Positions 37,686-50,300 of a stretch of DNA of 64,000 bases are shown piece by piece. The position numbers and the translations under genes are program-made. Origin of the DNA: Laetmonice hystrix (Eukaryota); contig OZ249436.1 in NCBI GenBank assembly GCA_965235115.1, positions 31,994,001 through 32,058,000 of the forward strand, written 5' to 3'. The notes under the pieces were generated by a model. The model saw nothing but the letters and a program-made list of their open reading frames with translations. It was not told where the DNA came from and did no database searches. Each line of letters starts with the position of its first letter. Within the stretch, counting starts at the first letter, position 1.

Positions 37686-38078
37686 ACACACCCCAGTCTA
37701 ACAGTATCCCTCCATACACAGCGCACACCCAGCCCAGTCTAACAGTATCCCTCAATACAGGACACACCCACCCCAGTCTAACAGTATCCCTCAACATACA
37801 GGACACACACACCCCAGTCTAACAGTATCCATCAACACACAGGGCACCAGCCCCGCTCTAACAGTATCCCTCAACATACAGGGTGCACTCACCCCAGTCT
37901 GACAGTATCCCTCAACATACAGAACACAGTCACACCCACCCCAGTCTAAAAGTATCCCTCAACACAGCGCACACCCAACCCACCCAAACAGTATCCCTGA
38001 ACACACAGGACACGCCCAACCCAGTCTAACAGTATCCCTGAACACACAGGACACACCCACCCCCGTCCAACAGTATCT
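37686..38078. repeat. 40-45-bp minisatellite, about 9-10 diverged copies
   Basis: Core accccagtctaacagtatccctcaaca with variable CA-rich spacers. Confidence 0.93.
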
Positions 38079-41000
38079 CCATGTAGGGAAATTCAAGGCG
38101 TCAGTACACATGGCACATACTTCGGCTTCATCGTCTCATATATCGTTGAAAATATCCTGCACAATTTCACGAGATTTTCGGGTGTAGTAAATGAAATAAA
38201 GTCTTTAATTACTCTTTTTCATTTCCGTTATACTCTTTTCGCTACCTTGTATGAAATAAGAACATGATTCAAGAGCCTATAATGCTATAATCAAGAGGTA
38301 ACCACCAGTACATTGTATACGTTACTCGCTGATCATGAATGCCCGCGGTAACACGCCAGTATTAACCCTCGCTGGAATCCACTCCCCATTACCACGGCCA
38401 TGAATAAGATACACTACGAATGCGCGAGATTTCCATTCCACATATGTCACTTTCCCCCCTTCCTATTCTCGTTTTAAACAACTAATAGTGTGAGCCAGTA
38501 AATCCTCCATCAAAGATTCAGCTTTACCGGTCGTCCAAACTCGTCGGGCCTCAGTTTACCATCTTCTTGGACTCTGTCGCATTGTTAATTATCGTCCAAT
38601 TTTCCCAAGTTTTCCCATTTGTTGCCGCTGCACTGTTTACTCAACTCCCGAGTACCTAATAAATTCTTGCATTCTAGCATTCTATGGATGACACACTGCC
38701 AATGGAAATATTGCTTTTCAGTGACCAGCGTATTTGCTCTCAGTTTTCCTTGCCCGGTGGATGATTAAACTGGACGGCTACCCCAGGGGATATGTGTCTT
38801 TGGACCGTAGTACTTACACGGGGCCCATCCTGGCGTATCTCCACATAGACAAGTCGCAAATGACTCCTTGTAACTTTAGCAATTGTGATTTTCGCTATGG
38901 CTGTACAGTTACAGTTAGAGTAGTCCCTAATTATAAATTTCGTTAAGTACAGTAGTTGATTTTATATGATCGTTAGCACAACCTGGCATATCAAGTAATC
39001 ATTAGTGAGGACAAAGGAAAGATATCCCCAGTCAGTAACACTGACCGGCTATCTTTCGGTGTATCACTTTTTGTAACTGCCCTCTAACAACAGATCTCAC
39101 TATCATCACTGTGTTTCTGAGTCCCTACCTTTGGAGATTTGTCAGGATCGGGGCCTGCCATGGTAATCATTATACCAATTGATTATCAAATTACCAATCT
39201 TTATACCGCTTCTCAAGGGGAAGACTATCTTTGTTGTAATCTCAACATCTAGACGGCTACAAATTCCAGTCAAAATATTGAAAAGAATGTTTTGAAATGT
39301 CCTTCGTTGTATGTGCAGTGAAAATACCAAATCATATTTCGATGTGGGGCAATCCAACAATAACCGAGTTTAAAATAGGAATATTCAGTTAAAAATGGCG
39401 GCAATCTATTAGATTCCCGCAGAATTAGTCATCCTGTTATATTATTATATTATTTATTACAAGAATACTTCCTCCCACACTGACGGTTACGAGTAAATGC
39501 ATTCCATGCGACTCTCAAACCTTCCTTACTCAAGTCTAGATCAAATCTGGTTATTGGCTGTGCAATAACGCATCACACTTTTAAGTAGTCTATCTTCTCT
39601 CCCAGCTCAGATAATGAAGGAAGGAGCAGCCGTTTACGATTTTTAAGCTCTACTTTTAGGAACATTTGAATTGTTTGGGTGTTAACCTATTCATGCAGAA
39701 TTAATGAAAACGTTGATTCGGAGAACTGGCACGCAGATGTCTTAAGTGCACATTCTATGTCATCGTTTTTCGTCTCTATTCAATAATAAATCACCGTTTT
39801 TTTGAGTGGGCCTCGCTTCCTGTTTTTACTTGACGATCCCCTTATATACATACGCATACAGACACAAGCGATAACCTAAACACACAACCAGTACTCATAG
39901 AGAGCACCGATGGTGACGAGATACAAAGAGCCCCTCCATCTTTCGCTGCAGTCAATGTACCAGGGAATGTCTGACCAGGCAGGCAGCGGCCCGCACGCCA
40001 CCAACGCCTGCCACCTTCTCGACTCCCTGCTCCCTCCCAGGATAAGGTTTCTCGGTTTCCACTTGGGAAACGTCCGATATCCTCCGGGCCTCTTACTGGA
40101 TTTCAAACCGAAAGAACCCCGTCTCTTGGCCGTTAGGAGCTTTGAGTCTATTCTTAGTAGCCGGTTAGCCACACGGATATTTTCTCTGGTTCCTCTGGGT
40201 ATGTAATGGAACTAACAGATGAGAGCTCAATAACGCAAGAGCAACGAACAATTCATCCATTAATGTTTTTTATAAAGCACCATTTCACACCACAGAAATC
40301 CCTTTACAAAAAATTATACACGATTAATCACTTCACTTTCCACCGGGAAACTGTCTTGGTGTCGCCTTTTCCTCCAGAGGAAGAACCCCTCTATTGTACA
40401 TTATTTTTAATTAACGTTCAACCCTCAAATACAACTAAAAGTAGAAAAAAACTTGAACTGATCGTATTTATCTTTACTATTTCTACCAATAACCCAGTTT
40501 TTGATGTTTTTCTTTCATTAAGCAAGCCTGGAAGTCCGGGGAGGTGGAGCAGAAGCCAAGGCTGAACAGCTGAAACCCTTAACATCAAAGCCGGTTTGTT
40601 ATGTAAGTCTGTGAGGTGTGCACCGGCGCATCACGGCTGGTACGTGCGAGCGAAAGGTCAGACTCTAAGTGACTCATCCAGCCATCTGCTCCCTTCGCCA
40701 GCCCATCTTATCTCAGCCTCCCAGGACCCCAGATCATGAAGGACCCTCTATATACAGGTGGGTGAGGATGCTCCTGAGGCAGGCGGGAAGGCGGCCTGGC
40801 GTGCGATACAGCACCTCATCACCTCTGCTCATCTCTTGTACGTTGCGCCTAGGTTTGATGACCAAGGTGAGTGTGTACTAAGGCCGCTGCCAATTGATGG
40901 AGATCAGGCTGATGGAGCTATCACCCGCCTAGCAAGCCGACTACAGCGCGGCGGCCGCGGCTGAAGCAGCAGCTGCTGATGCTGTTGTGAGGCAGTGGCC

Positions 41001-42513
41001 GTCGTTAGATGCCAGAGCAGCATGTGATGCGGACAGCACTCATCCCATTAATATGTCTGCAGGCACCGGGGGCTTCCCAAGTCTGGCTGTTGCTAGGCAA
41101 CGGTAAACTCTGAGCCTGTGAGGTGAGGAGGCTGGTGAGGATTGATGAAGGAGGCAGAGACGGTGAGCCGGGAAGGTGGGGACTAGACAGCCGCGGGGAA
41201 GGCAGAGCAGGATGTGGCGGGAAGGTGGGCCTCCGTGGCCTCCTTATAAGGCGGCCACGTGGGGCGGGCCAGCGCCCTGTGATTACTACTACACGGCCCG
41301 CCTGGCCCCTCGACCGGCCGGCCGGCTCCCACCCCACCCAACCCCCTGACGTTCCCAAATCGTCTAACTGATGTCTTCATCACTCCAAATGACCATTCAC
41401 TCACCTTGACACCACCAATCCCACGGCGCGGCAGTATTACTGAGATAATTTGTCAGAAATAAGAGAACAAGATATCGCATCAACCGTTCACATGTCCGAA
41501 CCAATGAGCTGTTATATCAAAGTCGTGCACAGATCGGGAGAGTGGCGCTAATAACTACCACCCAGGGAGTATAAGGTGAAACAGACTACCTCAATCACGT
41601 CCCATGAAATCATTAATAAACTGGATTAGAAGCCCTGTGCAGCGTGATATTTCCTTAAGCAAACACCAGCAAGGTGAGGGTTAATATGTACCCATGCCGG
41701 TCAGACTTTAGTTGAGTATGACGTAATATATAGGCCTAGCTCATTGTATTCATTATATAACCGCTGTAACCCGGTCATTTTTAGCTTCTGTCCACTTGTC
41801 TTATAATTAGGTGTAGTAAAAAATTAATCGCGTCCCATGACAACACCGATTTATATATTAACCAAAATGGCCACTAAAATCAAAAATGGCCACCAGACAA
41901 CGTCGTGACGTCACCAATGGTCATAATGACCCGTGAAGATAAGGGCAAGTATTCAGCAAGACAAACCGGTCCTCTGACCTCTTTAATTCTATTAACGAAC
42001 AATACAGCTTTGGTCACATTTATACAGCATCATCCACATTTCTAAAAAAATATATATCCCGAAAAACAATCTTCGAAAATCAACACCTTATCAAAATGTG
42101 TTAACCTATCTGGAAAGCCACTTTCTGTTTCTGTTTTATATTCACTGACACTCGACCGAGTCCTCACAAAAAGAAAACTCAGACACAAATATCCGGTTTC
42201 GCCAACAAAAACTGGGGAGAATACCTGAAGTTCACAAGACCACGAGACTGATAGGAAGTCAGGAGCCTTGGGTCTTGTGACATGTTTTTGTCGGTATGAT
42301 CTGGCGGGTCAGCCGCCTGCTCATAGCTGACCCGGGAAGAGCCTCCCCCCCCCTCCTCCGCCCGCCATCTCTCGGTAGGCAGCATGGCCTACAGCTGAGA
42401 TGCACCGGGGTGGCCTCATTTTTCTGTCCACGGTGATCCCATACCTGCCGGGTGAGCAGAGTAAGAGCAGGGTGAGCAAGTGAACGGTCACAGAACCCAC
42501 CTGTGTGTATCAG

Positions 42514-42657
42514 GTGTGGTGGCTGCGGCGGTGGTGGTGGCGGTGGCGGTGGTGGTGGTGGTGGCTGCGGCGGTGGTGGTGGTGGTGGCTGCGGCGGTGG
42601 TGGTGGTGGTGGCTGCGGCGGCAGTGGTGGTGGTGGTGGTGGTGGTGGTGGTCCTGG

Positions 42658-42711
<54 letters not shown>
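42514..42711. repeat. Compound triplet repeat: (GGT/GGC)n followed by (TGC)18; (CAG)18-(CAC/CGC)n on the sense strand
   Basis: Read directly from the sequence. Confidence 0.97.
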
Positions 42712-42713
<2 letters not shown>

Positions 42714-45700
42714 CTTCCTGGATTCCACCCCCTCTCTTTTTGCCCAGACTTTACCATCCGCTGTTCAAGATCTCTTCAGGTTAAGTGGGAGGCCAGACGT
42801 GCCAATGCACCCAGTTCTTCTCCTTAGGTCACTCCACCCCCATTCTTCCTCTGCATATTGGCGGCCCGATATTTACATAAATTGTTTCTCTGCCACTCTA
42901 TAACAAGGCCACATTTTGCGGCAAACAAAGTGCAAGCAGCGACAAATTTTCTTTGTCTACCACTTGTTCGAAATTACCGAAAACGCTACAAGTTTCCTAT
43001 TTTACTTCAGTTCAGTCAATTGTTACAAGACTTCAATTTACGGACGTTACATAAATGGCAGTCACACACTTACTTTTTCCTAAAAAAATACGTTATAAAT
43101 ATTACATCCTTTCTAATATTCCATCCTCTTCTATTTCCTAGAATTCCGGCTTATTTCGTCCAATGTTTGTACTTTTGTAAATCTCAATGACGGTGCACCT
43201 TTTAGGCTGAAATATCCCGATAATTACGATGCGACCTCGTTTTACATCCATGGATTCCGCCATTTTCATATTATACTATATCATTCAGACTGGCTGGGTG
43301 CCCATATATTTGCCGGTATATCTGACCAATGCCGGGTTCGGCTTAGTAAATCAATCCTACGCCTCGTCTCTCAGTCAATAAACAATATCTGAAGTCAATC
43401 CCTGCCATCCCAGGCATCAGCCAACAACATTACGGGCGACCCTTGATACATTAACATGGCAAGGCCGCACCTGGGCGTATGATACCTTTGTAAGTGTTAT
43501 TGAACCCCTCATCAAATTCACCCTCAACAGATGGCTTTTCTATCCTAATCAATCCTGCACTTATCTACAGGTCCCACCTGAAACATAAACGTGCCGGGCT
43601 GTGTTTGCAATCTACGGTACACGCAGCAGTATGTACCTGAAGCTGGTCTCATGACAATGGCCTGCTTCCCAAGCCTGTACAAAAAGCTAGCTGAAGGCCA
43701 CAATAGGCTTCATTAACGGCGAGTAGTGGCCGCCTCGTGCGCTAACCCTGCTCCAATGTGGCCCTTGATCGGACTGCACTAATCACGTGCGTGCCGCCGT
43801 GTCACTATCCCTTTGGTATCACACCATGAAAAAGGGCGTGGGGGAATATTAACTGTAGGGGTTGACAAGTTAGAACCAAACTTCAAACGCCGCGGCTTTT
43901 CTAACGGAGCCTGGGTCACAAAGACAAAGGCGAGCTGGGGTCTAAGACAGCCACCATGTCTGCGACTCAACCTATAACATTGCCGTGTGATTCGGCAGCT
44001 TGAGTTTCTATGCACTGGAAGCAGTTTCGATCCTACAGCCCTCTGAATTGACTGACTCTCAAAGAACCCATACACGACGTGCACCAACGGCACCAAACGT
44101 TATTCTGTATCAGTGTATGTCAAACGGTACGTTCAGTCACAACAAATTTATTTGCGTTGATACAAGAATGATTCTCATTTTTATATATCCCACTGACTTG
44201 CCCCTCATGATCCATATAACAGTGTCCGTCTCCATGCGACCCAGCCTTATACCAAAAATCCTCATGACACAAAATCTACTCCCCACATCAGATCGTCCCT
44301 CCACTGCCGCCATCGGTAACTGTAATCTCCCGTAGCTCCCCACATTGCAGTGAAAATCAATTAACCCAGTTTGGCTTCAATAATCCACTAAAAACGGGAT
44401 CTTCGCCAGATGAAAGTCCCCTGGCATACACGCCGCCTGGTGGTGGCATTCACTCGACGTGTTTACCTGTCACAATACAGACTTCCGAGAGAAGATTTTG
44501 TCCAGCACCAAATCTGGCCTGAGCGTAGGTTTGCTAATCACCAGTGGTGCTGGCCAATCGAGGAACCCTACTTCTCCAAGAAAACGTTTCCATACTAAAA
44601 GCTGGTTTGCTTCGCTACTGGAATGTGGGCTGACAGATGTTTACTTCGAGCTGGCCTAACATTGAGGAGGCTAAGTGGTCAAAGAGAGCCATAGACACCC
44701 AACAACCAACCGACCATCCAAGTGTCCATAGCCTAGCGACTCGCCATTTGTCGATACACTCCACGGCAGCAATGTTTCCTCTCATACTCAATGACGCCAT
44801 CTATTATATTATTCAAAATAGTTGTTTTCCAACCTTAGCAAGCCAAGATTGACCATGTCATCACGCCAATACTGATTACTTCGGCTAAACCCTTAAAATG
44901 CCATGACACGGAGGGAGATGTAGAAGATTTGCAAGTCTTTTGTAATTTTGGGCATTTGTATTTTGCAAACATGAAGTATTCACCCATTCCTGTTCCAATG
45001 ATTTAAGGCCATGATTTCTCATACTTATAAAAGGGTTCCAGAAATTATAAACTTACTCCTAGTGGAGACCTGGAGGTCTGTATGTTTAATTGTGTCTGCC
45101 ACGGTGGTTCTTGAATCTGATGTGATCAAAACAACTTACGCGAACTCAGTGCATCTTGATCAACCTTGGCAGTCGTGCAATACTAGAGAACATTCCCCTC
45201 CCCCAAACTACCATCATTTTCTCCATCCTGCAATGCCACTGAAGTCCAATACAGCTATCAGACCATGTACAAACCCCTCCTTGTGCCCTCCGTGCCCCAT
45301 CATTTACAAAAACATCAAAGAGATGATGAAGTCCGACAACAACCGCCACATCTTTAATCGACATTCAAAAGACCTTGAGCTGTAAGATCTCTAACCTTGG
45401 CCCTGAGAAGAAATCGCCGGATAGTTTCTTGCAGCTGGGACAGCCGGCACCGGGCCAGCAGCTGCTCCCGGACACGGCCACCTTGCCCGACATCAGCAGC
45501 AGTCGAGCATCTGGCAACAGATGCAGGGCTCTCCCCGTCTTTAGTAGAGTTTGTACCCGCAACATCCAAAACAGGTAATCCTGGCATCTCCTGGTCTAAA
45601 CAATCCCGCCACAGGCAAACTGACTTATTTCAGTAAGATAGGACCCCATTATTTTCAATTTTTCTTTTCCACACTGATATAAACCCATGTCATGACACGT

Positions 45701-46881
45701 TTCATTCAGAAGCAATTAGGACATATCTGATAGAAATTACTTGGGGCAAGCTCTGAATGTGCGGCCCCTGGCCTGAGATATCAGTTCCTGACCGAGGTTA
45801 AATGATTCTACACTAAGCTACCCTACTTCCAGCCCCAAATATTACCACCCCAACTTTTTCAAAAACAGAGATTAAAGATTAGTGAATCTAGCACCGAGGG
45901 CTAGATTCCTCGGTCACAATTACGATTTATAAGCCTATTTCTTGATATCTCAGAATGATAATCACGCAATCATAATGCTTCAAAATCACATCAGTCTTAA
46001 ATTTAAACCAGTATCAAGTGCAAGTGATCCAAACATCTAGTTATAAAGCTGGGTTATGATGTAATTTAAGGACGAGAACTTATGAAAGGGGCCCCAAAAC
46101 ATGAATAGTATGTGAATTGGCAATACGTGAGCCACATATTTGGCTGCAGGCGAATGGGCTGTTGGTGGACCCAATCGCCATAGAAACACACAATGGAAGT
46201 GGTCGGGATGTGGGCACCAGACCCTGCTGCCGGCTAGTACACTGTCTAGACGTTAGCACTAACCTTATTGTATGTGTTTGTGCATAATATGAATACATAA
46301 TGTCGCAACACCTAAACACATCCCACGGATTACAGCGCCTCCAACTGAAATAGGTCATTAAAACGCTCTCGTTCTCAGGAGATATAAACAATTCCCAACG
46401 TAAAACCTTGAATTATACATCAAGTAGTTTCTTTGAAGTATATGTGTTCTGGCCCTCAGAGACATGCATGTCAGTACTGTCTGAGTGGGGAAAAAATCTA
46501 CTGAATAATAATATAAAAATATCAGGGCATATGTCATGAGCTCTGTCCCCTACATGTACAAGTACAAGGGAAGACAAGTACAAGTATCTCATGATGCAGA
46601 GATCATTAAAGCATATAACGTATCTATGTTGTGAACTTAACTGTTGGAAAAGGAGAGATCCCTAGAATTCTTGAAGCTCAACAGTCCCCTGTGTTCCATG
46701 GTTGATACCACAGTCAACCGTTCCAGAATTCCATACACCATTCAGCATGGCAAATTTTAGCCATGTGGGAATAAAAAGGGCGAGGGAGTAGCCTTGAGAT
46801 GGTCCTCCCCAGCCCTAAGACCAACCATACGTCTCCCCAAAAGCCACTAAGCATTCCTTGAAGTGAGTTGTTGAGACCTAA

Positions 46882-47337
46882 GCCAGGAACCCATGTGTAC
46901 GTAGGCCTTGTGGGGCGTAATGCATACTGCGTATTGATGTGTGCGTGATATCAGAGATTACCACGTAACCAAGGTCACAGAACTTTCGCTGACATTTAGA
47001 AAAAGTATATAGGTTAAATAATATAGTGCCTATGATCAGTGTGTGAAATTAAGGGGGAAAAAAGCTGCCGATCAGAAGCGTGATGCGTATTCAAACGACG
47101 ACCGAGGAGTTCTGGTGATTACGCATTAAGCCAGGAATCCATGTGTGCGTAGTGCGTAATGCGTGTTTTCATTGTTTTGATTACGCACCACACAATAAGC
47201 AATACACACTATGGACACATGGATTCATGGCTTTACACATTGCGCAATACGCAATACATGCACATGGAAACACATGTAAATTTCAGTAATTGTTTGCGCA
47301 CTATGCACTACGCACTATGTACACTTGAATTCCTGCC
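46882..47337. mobile_element. Decayed Harbinger-like MITE with a related shorter copy nested inside (47130-47231)
   Basis: Outer ends taa|gccaggaacccatgtgtac and gtacacttgaattcctgcc|tta. Inner ends taa|gccaggaatccatgtgt and acacatggattcatggc. Confidence 0.65.
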
Positions 47338-50300
47338 TTAATAAACCAGACGTTCTCCAAGGGTCCCTTCCACAAGCCAGCCAAGCATGCCTTTACGTCA
47401 ACTCAGGGCGCCTTCTCTCAGGCTGAGCAAGGGCCCCCTCCTAAAGCCAGGCAAGCAGTTTCTCCCAAGACCAGGCAAGAGTCCCTTCACCTGGCCATTT
47501 TCTCTCCAGCCAAGGGTCCACTCCCAAGGCCTGCCAAGCGCCTCTCCCCTATCCCTGCCAGCAAAGACTTCTCTTCCGAGGCAAGCCAAGAGTTCCTTCC
47601 CCTAGACCAGCCACCCTTTCCTTCCTCAGGCCACCCAAGTGCCCCCCGCCCCCTCGCCAAGCTCTGCCCCTTCTCGGCAAGCTTATAGTTCCATCGTCCA
47701 GGCCCGGCAAACCTGCCTTCATATCCCCACCTTACACGCAGCATCAGTCTTTGCCTTATCCCGCCACTAACATTTGTGAGCACGATGCCGCAATTTTGTC
47801 AGCACCCTCTCACAAATGGTCGTGCATCTAGTGATGTGTTGCCTGCAGACGGCGTTATAGCATACCTGAACAGGACCAGAGAATGAAGCCTGCTATTGCT
47901 ACCCATCCTGCTTCAAACAGTTATCATTGCACTGTGCTGCTGGCATACATTAGCAGGCCCGGTGAATAATTCAGCGCAGCGGCGCTCACCACTGGCGTAT
48001 TGATTGGGCTGGCACGGCTCCATCCATCAGCAGTGCCCGCTTCCATCATCAACAGTAGCAGCAGCAGCCGACACTTTAGATTATAACCTCAGATTAAAAC
48101 AAATACACATAGACGACGCTGCCGCTGCAGTGTCCCACCCCTATCCAGACTAACAAGTCTAATTTTGAGGTTCCGAAAACAGTTCCTCGGCATGTGGCAG
48201 CAACCAGTCTGGCTCCATACGAGATATCTCATCAAGCATTAACACAGTGCGCTCCGACAGGATGCCTTTGAACTCCTGCTTTTATTAAGGGCTTAAAAAC
48301 TTACAAGAAGACTCAAATTTAACGCGGCCACAACAACTCAACCACTTTCAGGTGGGAAATAAGTGAATGGTGAACTGTTTCATTCGGTATCGATTCTCCG
48401 GGAAACAGCATAGATAGAGGTTGCTGAGCCCTGAACAGATTCGCGTCTCAGATGCAAATTTTTGAAGGCAGAAAAATGACGGTGAAATGTCTTTAAACGC
48501 ACCATATCAGCAGGTCCTAATGTACAAAATCCCAGAACGGTTCACAGATGTTTCAATATAAAAGATGATCATACCGGCCATCCCAGGGTCATCAAGAAAC
48601 TACGTACCAAATTCAGATGGATACTTCCAAAGACAAGTGTAGGGTTATCTTTCCGAATCATGAGCAAACAATGTGTCCAACACTTAAGGTCCCCATGAAT
48701 CACTACTTGTGTCAACGGTGATTAGTAAATCTTAGTTTATGTAACGACCCGTATCCTTCATTTTGGATGTAGATAGTGATACAATATAACTACATTGTAC
48801 TAATTCTGCTACACCAGCCTGTACAACAACATCAGAGATGTTGACATTCATACATTCATCTCTTGTAATGAAAGACCCAGTAGCAACTTCTGATATGACT
48901 ATTATGAGATAGTCTTTTATCAAATTTTTCACATTATTTAACTTTGAAAGTCCACCAGAAGAAAAAAAAACTAAAATCTTGGCACCATGACTTTAACTTT
49001 AAAAAAAGAAGATTATTAAGGTATGTTCTGAATGGCTTCTATTCGCTAAAGCGAACAGTACACTGCTGTCTCTGGACTCAACATGGAGCTGAGATCAATA
49101 CAGTCCATATGGACTGGTTCCTGTCCGATTGTCAATATCCATTACAGGATTAACTTACACGACATACTGAAACATAAAACCACCCTGTGTATCATCACTG
49201 GTAGCTGCTTCCATGATAAACCAACACACCGAATCAACTATTGATTGCCGGGCACGAGGATACCAATCGTCTTTGTCTAAATCAAAACTCCAAGTGACAT
49301 CATATCAAGTTATTGTATATATTCCAGCTTGAATGTCATTATTCCATTTACACCTCAACAAACTATCATACACGTATATGATAAGAGGGAAATCGTCTGC
49401 CAATTTAAATTAAAATCTTGATATCTAAGGCATGAAATGAATCAGAGGTTACAGAATTTTCCTTTATAGTGCTCAAAGGTACATCACCTGGTACCTGACA
49501 GTACTTTATATAAATTAAAAACAAGTGAACCCTCAATTTTCTTTTTAATGAAGTAAAAAACTAAAAGCAATTGATAAAAGACATCCTTTGCTTGATTAAG
49601 TTGATTTGTCTGTACGTGCCTCTAACACCAAGCACCGGGACGTGTCGTTGAGTATGTCCCTTCAGACCCGCTATTGAATTTGTTCTGGCTTGTGTCACAG
49701 GTATCTACTCTGCACCTGGTTACCACAACGAGGGGGCCAAATGGTATTAAGATCGATTTTTCTTCGATGGACAACAAAGTCAAGTCAAGCCCCAGTGTTA
49801 GGTAGGATGCCCATGGGGGTCGCACCAATCAGGTTTCTTTTCACTGTGTCTCACCACACACCAAAGGAATACGTGCGTCTTTCTTCATGCTACAAACTCT
49901 GTTGTTTCCTCAATACTGACACTGCCATACAAGCCTACAGACGTTTCACAATTAAACTAAAACAAATCTTCAAATGAGGCACGCACTACACTCCTCCTGC
50001 TTACCAGTGACGTTTTTGCCAGAGTCAGAAACGCGGGTAGATTGCTGCACGAGTACAAAGCGTCATTTGATATACTACTCAGAGACGGTCTCGACTCTAA
50101 CATCAACATTACGGCCCACGACGACACGAAAGGTGTACTTTCAACCGTAACCTGACTTGGTAACACTGTGACAGTAACGTTTTCTTTTTCAATACGGTCA
50201 TCAAGTATGTTTGATAATTAAACTAACATTGACAAGCAATCAGTGTACTGATCCAAGTCCAGACTTCCTCCCAAGAAATCCTGGCAGAACTGGAGCCTTT

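Noticed and set aside
42259..42903. PolyQ/H, polyA/P and polyG ORFs resembling transcription-factor low-complexity regions
   Set aside because: All frames are open because of the triplet repeat. No adjacent domain or splice sites support an exon.
45365..45565. Sense-strand ORF MLRVQTLLKTGRALHLL... as an alternative targeting N-terminus
   Set aside because: No good phase 1 donor joins it to exon 4, and the composition is not diagnostic.
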